Positions 58,301 to 64,000 of a stretch of 64,000 nt of DNA are shown here, piece by piece. Each line of letters starts with the position of its first letter. Position 1 is the first letter of the stretch. Source of the stretch: Octopus vulgaris (taxonomy: Eukaryota). A program made the translations under genes and the position numbers. The stretch is from the NCBI GenBank assembly GCA_951406725.2, contig OX597836.1:38006001-38070000 (forward strand). Direction: 5' to 3'. The notes below the pieces were generated by a model. It saw only the letters and a list, made by a program, of their open reading frames with translations, was not told the DNA's origin and searched no databases.

Positions 58301-61300
58301 GAATGGGGTGAACGTCTTGAGGTTGTAGCGTTTTCAGTTGTAAATGTTTGCTGTTTTGCACCTCATCTGTTTCCTTAGTGATCTGTTTACACAGCTGTGC
58401 AAGCTGCGATTCTTGTTTACCTGGTTGATATTTTTGTAAATTCTTTATTGTGTGTTTGAATTTCTCTAGTGTTTAATATCAATGCTCTTTGTTTTCTGTA
58501 CATTTGATTTGATATCTGCTGATGCAGTGAAATGGAGTATGAGTTGTTTTGGTGTTATTCATTGAATCTAACAGAGCGATAATTGACTTTAAACAATAAT
58601 TTTCATCGCCATGATTGTGATGTCACGTGTGTGTATATGCAGCAATGAATGCATGTAGAAACAATTGCGTAGTTCTGAAGTATTCCTGTTTGTCGTTTAC
58701 ATGGACACAGTGTGTGAATTGTCTGAAAGGACAGAAAAAGTGTGAAAATATGGTGAGTTAATTCACAAGAAACATGATGGGAAAAAGAAATACTTATGAA
58801 TAAATGCTGGTTTAATGAGCAATCTGATATATGCTCCACGTGAGACAATTTAAATGATAAGTATGTCGTGAAAGTTATTGAAATTTAAGCATTGTGCTGT
58901 GTTTTAACAAGCGGCATTACTTTTTGCGCTTGGATATTTATAGTTTTTCGTGTATTTGAAAGATTATGCTTGATTACGACATTGTAAAAGAATAATGAAA
59001 GTTGTTTCTGGTGTTTTCGATATTGTCGATGTTACGTAGGTTTGGTTTTTTATAAATCTGTTGTGTTTTTTTGCTGAAATTTCTATGGAATATTGTTTTA
59101 GTGAAATTAAGTTGTTTTATATAGAAAATTGATTGTCACTATGTATGTATGAGCAGAATAATAATTATCGGAATGTAGGAACTGACGATTAATTTGAAAT
59201 TCCTCTTGCCATTTTGCACTTTTCAGTAAAGTCCACAGAAACGATTGTCGATCGAAAGCCACCCGGTAAGACATTTCGAACGTATTGATTTTGGTTTTGT
59301 TACCTAGTGTAAAAGAAGGCAGGGCCCGTGTAGAAATGTAATTACAATTACTAAAGGGAATGAGACCTAATTAAAGGAATGTATTTGTTAGTGGTCTTTA
59401 GCTTGTGCGATTAATGTTTATAGGTGTATAGGTGTTGATGTTCAATGAACCACTATATTGAATTATTATGTATGCGTCAGTGTTAATTGATGGCTGCCTC
59501 CTTTTTGTTTAGGTCGTTGCAATACTGCTGAATCAGACATTGTGTTCGTTCTGGATTCTTCAACTAGCGTTACTGATGCAAACTTCAAGAAAATATTAGC
59601 TTTCATGAAAGATTTTCTGTCGGATGCTAGTATTGACTCGGGTAATGTTCGAGTGGGGGCAGTGATTTATAGCACTGATGTAGAGGTGCAGTTTCATTTG
59701 AATCGCTACAGTTCCAAGCGTGATATCCTCGATGCTGTTGACAACATTGCCTATGTGTATGGAAGCACAAATACATATGGAGGTCTGCACACAGCCAGAA
59801 CACAGATGTTCACTGCAGAAAATGGTGACAGAGCCGGTGTTCCTAACATCATTTTCCTCATAACTGATGGCGTTTCCAACGTCAATGCTTTGCAAACGAT
59901 ACCAGAAGCGGAGGCTATTCGTGCAGAAAACATCCATATTTACGCTATAGGTATAGGCCTTGCAGAAACTACAGAACTCGACAAAATTGCATCATCTCCA
60001 GCAAGCGCTAACAGTTTCACTGTGGAAGATTTTAATGAGCTTCAAGGCTTAAAACACACGATATTTGAATCTTACTGTCCCGGTACGTATATCTCGAAGA
60101 ATATTACACCTGTCATCGTCCTCGTCGAAGTTGTCGTCGTTCCTTTGAATGGGGTGAACGTCTTGAGGTTGTAGCGTTTTCAGTTGTAAATGTTTGCTGT
60201 TTTGCACCTCATCTGTTTCCTTAGTGATCTGTTTACACAGCTGTGCAAGCTGCGATTCTTGTTTACCTGGTTGATATTTTTGTAAATTCTTTATTGTGTG
60301 TTTGAATTTCTCTAGTGTTTAATATCAATGCTCTTTGTTTTCTGTACATTTGATTTGATATCTGCTGATGCAGTGAAATGGAGTATGAGTTGTTTTGGTG
60401 TTATTCATTGAATCTAACAGAGCGATAATTGACTTTAAACAATAATTTTCATCGCCATGATTGTGATGTCACGTGTGTGTATATGCAGCAATGAATGCAT
60501 GTAGAAACAATTGCGTAGTTCTGAAGTATTCCTGTTTGTCGTTTACATGGACACAGTGTGTGAATTGTCTGAAAGGACAGAAAAAGTGTGAAAATATGGT
60601 GAGTTAATTCACAAGAAACATGATGAGAAAAAGAAATACTTATGAATAAATGCTGGTTTAATGAGCAATCTGATATATGCTCCACGTGAGACAATTTAAA
60701 TGATAAGTATGTCGTGAAAGTTATTGAAATTTAAGCATTGTGCTGTGTTTTGACAAGCGGCATTACTTTTTGCGCTTGGATATTTACAGTTTTTCGTGTA
60801 TTTGAAAGATTATGCTTGATTACGACATTGTAAAAGAATAATGAAAGTTGTTTCTGGTGTTTTCGATATTGTCGATGTTACGTAGGTTTGGTTTTTTATA
60901 AATCTGTTGTGTTTTTTTGCTGAAATTTCTATGGAATATTGTTTTAGTGAAATTAAGTTGTTTTATATAGAAAATTGATTGTCACTATGTATGTATGAGC
61001 AGAATAATAATTATCGGAATGTAGGAACTGACGATTAATTTGAAATTCCTCTTGCCATTTTGCACTTTTCAGTAAAGTCCACAGAAACGATTGTCGATCG
61101 AAAGCCACCCGGTAAGACATTTCGAACGTATTGATTTTGGTTTTGTTACCTAGTGTAAAAGAAGGCAGGGCCCGTGTAGAAATGTAATTACAATTACTAA
61201 AGGGAATGAGACCTAATTAAAGGAATGTATTTGTTAGTGGTCTTTAGCTTGTGCGATTAATGTTTATAGGTGTATAGGTGTTGATGTTCAATGAACCACT

Positions 61301-63774
61301 ATATTGAATTATTATGTATGCGTCAGTGTTAATTGATGGCTGCCTCCTTTTTGTTTAGGTCGTTGCAATACTGCTGAATCAGACATTGTGTTCGTTCTGG
61401 ATTCTTCAACTAGCGTTACTGATGCAAACTTCAAGAAAATATTAGCTTTCATGAAAGATTTTCTGTCGGATGCTAGTATTGACTCGGGTAATGTTCGAGT
61501 GGGGGCAGTGATTTATAGCACTGATGTAGAGGTGCAGTTTCATTTGAATCGCTACAGTTCCAAGCGTGATATCCTCGATGCTGTTGACAACATTGCCTAT
61601 GTGTATGGAAGCACAAATACATATGGAGGTCTGCACACAGCCAGAACACAGATGTTCACTGCAGAAAATGGTGACAGAGCCGGTGTTCCTAACATCATTT
61701 TCCTCATAACTGATGGCGTTTCCAACGTCAATGCTTTGCAAACGATACCAGAAGCGGAGGCTATTCGTGCAGAAAACATCCATATTTACGCTATAGGTAT
61801 AGGCCTTGCAGAAACTACAGAACTCGACAAAATTGCATCATCTCCAGCAAGCGCTAACAGTTTCACTGTGGAAGATTTTAATGAGCTTCAAGGCTTAAAA
61901 CACACGATATTTGAATCTTACTGTCCCGGTACGTATATCTCGAAGAATATTACACCTGTCATCGTCCTCGTCGAAGTTGTCGTCGTTCCTTTGAATGGGG
62001 TGAACGTCTTGAGGTTGTAGCGTTTTCAGTTGTAAATGTTTGCTGTTTTGCACCTCATCTGTTTCCTTAGTGATCTGTTTACACAGCTGTGCAAGCTGCG
62101 ATTCTTGTTTACCTGGTTGATATTTTTGTAAATTCTTTATTGTGTGTTTGAATTTCTCTAGTGTTTAATATCAATGCTCTTTGTTTTCTGTACATTTGAT
62201 TTGATATCTGCTGATGCAGTGAAATGGAGTATGAGTTGTTTTGGTGTTATTCATTGAATCTAACAGAGCGATAATTGACTTTAAACAATAATTTTCATCG
62301 CCATGATTGTGATGTCACGTGTGTGTATATGCAGCAATGAATGCATGTAGAAACAATTGCGTAGTTCTGAAGTATTCCTGTTTGTCGTTTACATGGACAC
62401 AGTGTGTGAATTGTCTGAAAGGACAGAAAAAGTGTGAAAATATGGTGAGTTAATTCACAAGAAACATGATGGAGAAAAAGAAATACTTATGAATAAATGC
62501 TGGTTTAATGAGCCATCTGATATATGCTCCACGTGAGACAATTTAAATGATAAGTATGTCGTGAAAGTTATTGAAATTTAAGCATTGTGCTGTGTTTTAA
62601 CAAGCGGCATTACTTTTTGCGCTTGGATATTTACAGTTTTTCGTGTATTTGAAAGATTATGCTTGATTACGACATTGTAAAAGAATAATGAAAGTTGTTT
62701 CTGGTGTTTTCGATATTGTCGATGTTACGTAGGTTTGGTTTTTTATAAATCTGTTGTGTTTTTTGCTGAAATTTCTATGGAATATTGTTTTAGTGAAATT
62801 AAGTTGTTTTATATAGAAAATTGATTGTCACTATGTATGTAAGAGCAGAATAATAATTATCGGAATGTAGGAACTGACGATTAATTTGAAATTCCTCTTG
62901 CCATTTTGCACTTTTCAGTAAAGTCCACAGAAACGATTGTCGATCGAAAGCCACCCGGTAAGACATTTCGAACGTATTGATTTTGGTTTTGTTACCTAGT
63001 GTAAAAGAAGGCAGGGCCCGTGTAGAAATGTAATTACAATTACTAAAGGGAATGAGACCTAATTAAAGGAATGTATTTGTTAGTGGTCTTTAGCTTGTGC
63101 GATTAATGTTTATAGGTGTATAGGTGTTGATGTTCAATGAACCACTATATTGAATTATTATGTATGCGTCAGTGTTAATTGATGGCTGCCTCCTTTTTGT
63201 TTAGGTCGTTGCAATACTGCTGAATCAGACATTGTGTTCGTTCTGGATTCTTCAACTAGCGTTACTGATGCAAACTTCAAGAAAATATTAGCTTTCATGA
63301 AAGATTTTCTGTCGGATGCTAGTATTGACTCGGGTAATGTTCGAGTGGGGGCAGTGATTTATAGCACTGATGTAGAGGTGCAGTTTCATTTGAATCGCTA
63401 CAGTTCCAAGCGTGATATCCTCGATGCTGTTGACAACATTGCCTATGTGTATGGAAGCACAAATACATATGGAGGTCTGCACACAGCCAGAACACAGATG
63501 TTCACTGCAGAAAATGGTGACAGAGCCGGTGTTCCTAACATCATTTTCCTCATAACTGATGGCGTTTCCAACGTCAATGCTTTGCAAACGATACCAGAAG
63601 CGGAGGCTATTCGTGCAGAAAACATCCATATTTACGCTATAGGTATAGGCCTTGCAGAAACTACAGAACTCGACAAAATTGCATCATCTCCAGCAAGCGC
63701 TAACAGTTTCACTGTGGAAGATTTTAATGAGCTTCAAGGCTTAAAACACACGATATTTGAATCTTACTGTCCCG
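672..63774 (+). CDS. Partial multi-exon gene (5' and 3' ends outside window) for a giant poly-VWA extracellular protein, collagen VI alpha/matrilin-like: 15 VWA exons plus 16 linker micro-exons
   Basis: All exons are AG/GT bounded, phase 1-1 and splice in one open frame (about 3031 codons). VWA signature present: DIVFxLDxSxS ... VRVGxVxYS ... GxTxT ... RxxVPNxIFLITDG ... IYAIGIG. Confidence 0.9.
2060..2626 (+). CDS. VWA exon A (567 nt), degenerate MIDAS (HISEN in place of DxSxS)
   Basis: ctttttcag|CT TCT GAT GAA CTG GAT CTT GTG ([11 protein letters not shown]) ... AAT GTC T|gtgagt; ORF 2080-2640 has [31 protein letters not shown]. Confidence 0.93.
3025..3352 (-). mobile_element. RTE-clade LINE 3' fragment
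   Basis: Minus strand reads [15 protein letters not shown]...[11 protein letters not shown]...[21 protein letters not shown] (C-terminal C2H2), followed by a catcat tail. Confidence 0.8.
4122..4505 (+). mobile_element. tRNA-derived SINE; related decayed copies at about 20285-20445 and 23290-23400
   Basis: ggcgcaggagtggctgtatggtaagaag...ggttccgggtttggtccc (A/B-box-like head); body shared with 20285. Confidence 0.65.
4680..5660. mobile_element. Degenerate RTE-like reverse transcriptase fragments in both orientations
   Basis: Minus: [10 protein letters not shown] (4690-4780). Plus: [14 protein letters not shown]...DAEIKHRI...AFGKL (5040-5250). Confidence 0.7.
5856..6068. mobile_element. Dispersed repeat with ACGTTTCG motif (Penelope-like terminal fragment); related inverted copy at about 27655-27860
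   Basis: aacgtttcgagcggagctcttcgtcagaaac bounded by (TA)n; family assignment is tentative. Confidence 0.4.
6711..6915. mobile_element. piggyBac-type MITE (205 bp)
   Basis: TTAA|CCCTTTTGTTACCA ... TGATATCAAAAGGG|TTAA: TTAA target duplication and 12/14 TIR match with CCC...GGG ends. Confidence 0.8.
7555..8345 (-). mobile_element. CR1/L2-type LINE 3' fragment
   Basis: [12 protein letters not shown]...[32 protein letters not shown] ... FFTLRVA; 3' UTR shared with 19115. Confidence 0.85.
8480..8958 (+). mobile_element. Decayed LINE 3' fragment (CR1/Jockey group)
   Basis: [18 protein letters not shown], a typical RT-ORF C-terminus; boundaries approximate. Confidence 0.45.
8958..9603. repeat. Compound (TA)n/(TATG)n microsatellite
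   Basis: Direct inspection. Confidence 0.95.
11487..12295 (-). mobile_element. Internally deleted Helitron RepHel fragment
   Basis: Rep motif [42 protein letters not shown]...DEIQQY joined to PIF1 helicase motifs [14 protein letters not shown]...[32 protein letters not shown]. Confidence 0.88.
13135..13745. repeat. Compound (TA)n/(TATG)n microsatellite
   Basis: Direct inspection. Confidence 0.93.
14857..14892 (+). CDS. 36-nt linker micro-exon ([12 protein letters not shown])
   Basis: Branch-like cactaac at about 14827; tcttactcacag|TTCAACCTGTTGCAACTGTCACAGTTACAAACAGAG|gtaagt; phase 1-1. Confidence 0.82.
19115..19685 (-). mobile_element. Second copy of the CR1/L2-type LINE 3' fragment
   Basis: THKITNH...[29 protein letters not shown]; colinear with 7560-8125. 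Confidence 0.85.
21358..21906 (+). CDS. VWA exon B (549 nt), divergent and Lys/Arg-rich, MIDAS lost (GTSLK)
   Basis: tttttattccag|AA TGT CAA TCA TTA AAA GCT GAT ([13 protein letters not shown]) ... TGC CCA G|gtgagt; [27 protein letters not shown]. Confidence 0.9.
23748..24886 (-). mobile_element. Complete non-autonomous Helitron (1139 bp)
   Basis: Minus strand: A|TCTCTTATTATAAAAGG ... CCCGAGCAACGCCGGG (hairpin) CGATACTG CTAG|T; 5'-TC, 3'-CTAG, A|T insertion site, no TSD; internal 116-bp tandem repeat at 24028-24283. Confidence 0.88.
26059..26483. mobile_element. MITE-like fold-back, about 145-bp imperfect inverted arms
   Basis: 26059-26203 (accattctgtttttgacacc...ggcacttcatcagtcttgcat...gtcaagcattgta) is the reverse complement of 26340-26483. 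Confidence 0.75.
26820..27080 (+). mobile_element. tRNA-derived SINE
   Basis: ggaggcacaatggcccagtggttagggcagtggac...cgcagtttcaatttcc (A/B-box-like); related head at about 28110. Confidence 0.6.
28888..29100 (+). mobile_element. tRNA-derived SINE, same family as 1-152
   Basis: ggtggtgagctggtagaagcattagc...gttcaaagtc...gcctttcatcc. Confidence 0.65.
30178..31258. repeat. Large inverted repeat / fold-back element (about 400- and 380-bp arms, about 300-bp spacer)
   Basis: 30178-30579 is the reverse complement of 30878-31258; [28 protein letters not shown] is read from both strands in the ORF track. Confidence 0.92.
32102..32116 (+). CDS. 15-nt micro-exon (ATTPS)
   Basis: ttgtatttcag|CCACAACACCGAGTG|gtaagt; phase 1-1; Thr/Pro/Ser linker composition. 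Confidence 0.72.
33423..33440 (+). CDS. 18-nt micro-exon (VVTRPT)
   Basis: ttgttatttcag|TTGTTACGAGACCAACTG|gtaagt; phase 1-1. Confidence 0.75.
34420..35150 (+). mobile_element. Degenerate CRE-clade non-LTR retrotransposon fragment
   Basis: [28 protein letters not shown] resembles the CRE post-RT motif (QAxLPxxxGGLGxR..LAxxAFLAS); many stops. Confidence 0.5.
36240..36950. mobile_element. SINE-like dispersed element with internal repeats
   Basis: (cat)n tail, catgctggcatgggttggac, and recurring ttttatgtgccaccagca / acaatctcacttggctt subunits. Confidence 0.55.
38060..38629 (+). CDS. VWA exon C (570 nt), diverged paralog of the array exon, intact MIDAS
   Basis: attctttag|GT CAT TGC AAT ([19 protein letters not shown]) ... 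TGT CCC G|gtacgt; same length and splice sites as the array exons. Confidence 0.95.
39590..40086 (+). pseudogene. Decayed VWA pseudo-exon, paralog of the array exon
   Basis: 3' half still translates [22 protein letters not shown]...[23 protein letters not shown]|gtac. 5' half is frameshifted, carries a TGA (gctgtgaaattg) and has no recognisable acceptor. Confidence 0.85.
41079..41117 (+). CDS. 39-nt linker exon, divergent type ([13 protein letters not shown])
   Basis: ttccactttacag|TAAGGCCCAAAATAACGGATTCACATTCGAAGCCACCTG|gtaaga; homologous to the array linker exon. Confidence 0.85.
42859..43428 (+). CDS. Array VWA exon 1 (570 nt; NFQK variant)
   Basis: tttttgtttag|GT CGT TGC ([19 protein letters not shown]) ... 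TGT CCC G|gtacgt. Confidence 0.95.
44431..44469 (+). CDS. Array linker exon 1 ([13 protein letters not shown])
   Basis: cacttttcag|TAAAGTCC...CCACCCG|gtaaga; 39 nt, phase 1-1. Confidence 0.88.
44717..45286 (+). CDS. Array VWA exon 2 (NFQK)
   Basis: Same splice sites and frame as exon 1. Confidence 0.95.
46290..46328 (+). CDS. Array linker exon 2 (synonymous ACA for ACG)
   Basis: 39 nt, AG/GT bounded. Confidence 0.88.
46576..47145 (+). CDS. Array VWA exon 3 (NFQK)
   Basis: Same splice sites and frame as exon 1. Confidence 0.95.
48149..48187 (+). CDS. Array linker exon 3
   Basis: 39 nt, AG/GT bounded. Confidence 0.88.
48435..49004 (+). CDS. Array VWA exon 4 (NFQK)
   Basis: Same splice sites and frame as exon 1. 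Confidence 0.95.
49996..50034 (+). CDS. Array linker exon 4
   Basis: 39 nt, AG/GT bounded. Confidence 0.88.
50282..50851 (+). CDS. Array VWA exon 5 (NFQK)
   Basis: Same splice sites and frame as exon 1. Confidence 0.95.
51843..51881 (+). CDS. Array linker exon 5
   Basis: 39 nt, AG/GT bounded. Confidence 0.88.
52129..52698 (+). CDS. Array VWA exon 6 (first NFKK variant)
   Basis: Same splice sites; CAG>AAG. Confidence 0.95.
53689..53727 (+). CDS. Array linker exon 6
   Basis: 39 nt, AG/GT bounded. Confidence 0.88.
53975..54544 (+). CDS. Array VWA exon 7 (NFKK)
   Basis: Same splice sites and frame. Confidence 0.95.
55535..55573 (+). CDS. Array linker exon 7
   Basis: 39 nt, AG/GT bounded. 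Confidence 0.88.
55821..56390 (+). CDS. Array VWA exon 8 (NFKK)
   Basis: Same splice sites and frame. Confidence 0.95.
57381..57419 (+). CDS. Array linker exon 8
   Basis: 39 nt, AG/GT bounded. Confidence 0.88.
57667..58236 (+). CDS. Array VWA exon 9 (NFKK)
   Basis: Same splice sites and frame. Confidence 0.95.
59227..59265 (+). CDS. Array linker exon 9
   Basis: 39 nt, AG/GT bounded. Confidence 0.88.
59513..60082 (+). CDS. Array VWA exon 10 (NFKK)
   Basis: Same splice sites and frame. Confidence 0.95.
61073..61111 (+). CDS. Array linker exon 10
   Basis: 39 nt, AG/GT bounded. Confidence 0.88.
61359..61928 (+). CDS. Array VWA exon 11 (NFKK)
   Basis: Same splice sites and frame. Confidence 0.95.
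62919..62957 (+). CDS. Array linker exon 11
   Basis: 39 nt, AG/GT bounded. Confidence 0.88.
63205..63774 (+). CDS. Array VWA exon 12 (NFKK)
   Basis: Same splice sites and frame. Confidence 0.95.
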
Positions 63775-64000
63775 GTACGTATATCTCGAAGAATATTACA
63801 CCTGTCATCGTCCTCGTCGAAGTTGTCGTCGTTCCTTTGAATGGGGTGAACGTCTTGAGGTTGTAGCGTTTTCAGTTGTAAATGTTTGCTGTTTTGCACC
63901 TCATCTGTTTCCTTAGTGATCTGTTTACACAGCTGTGCAAGCTGCGATTCTTGTTTACCTGGTTGATATTTTTGTAAATTCTTTATTGTGTGTTTGAATT

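Larger units (their letters stand above)
42600..64000 (+). repeat. Intragenic tandem array of at least 12 units of 1846-1859 bp (VWA exon + intron + linker exon + intron), running off the window end
   Basis: ORF starts recur with spacings 1858, 1859, 1859, 1847, 1847, then 1846 x6; units differ by only a handful of SNPs and indels. Confidence 0.97.

Noticed and set aside
2060-63774. Assigning a gene symbol (COL6A3, COL12A1, MATN)
   Set aside because: No Gly-X-Y, FN3, EGF or coiled-coil exons are visible in the window, so orthology cannot be established from VWA domains alone

Overview
AT-rich, microsatellite- and SINE-laden animal genomic DNA. The repeat landscape looks like octopus/coleoid cephalopod, which is an inference from repeat families and not proven. 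The window lies inside one large + strand gene for a poly-VWA (von Willebrand factor A) protein of the collagen VI/matrilin type; neither its start nor its stop is in the window. I can assemble 31 exons, all phase 1-1 and all multiples of 3 (9093 nt, about 3031 codons): 15 open VWA exons alternating with 15-39 nt Thr/Pro-rich linker micro-exons. From about 42.6 kb to the window end the gene is a head-to-tail array of at least 12 nearly identical 1846-1859 bp units (570-nt VWA exon, intron, 39-nt linker exon, intron), homogenised in introns as well as exons. Just upstream (39.5-42.7 kb) are decayed units: a pseudo-exon, a unit with its VWA exon deleted and a unit with its linker exon deleted. 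The long 5' introns hold LINE fragments (RTE, CR1, CRE-like), two Helitrons, a piggyBac-type MITE, two fold-back inverted repeats, SINEs and many (TA)n/(TATG)n tracts. Most ORFs in the supplied track are microsatellite or antisense artefacts.
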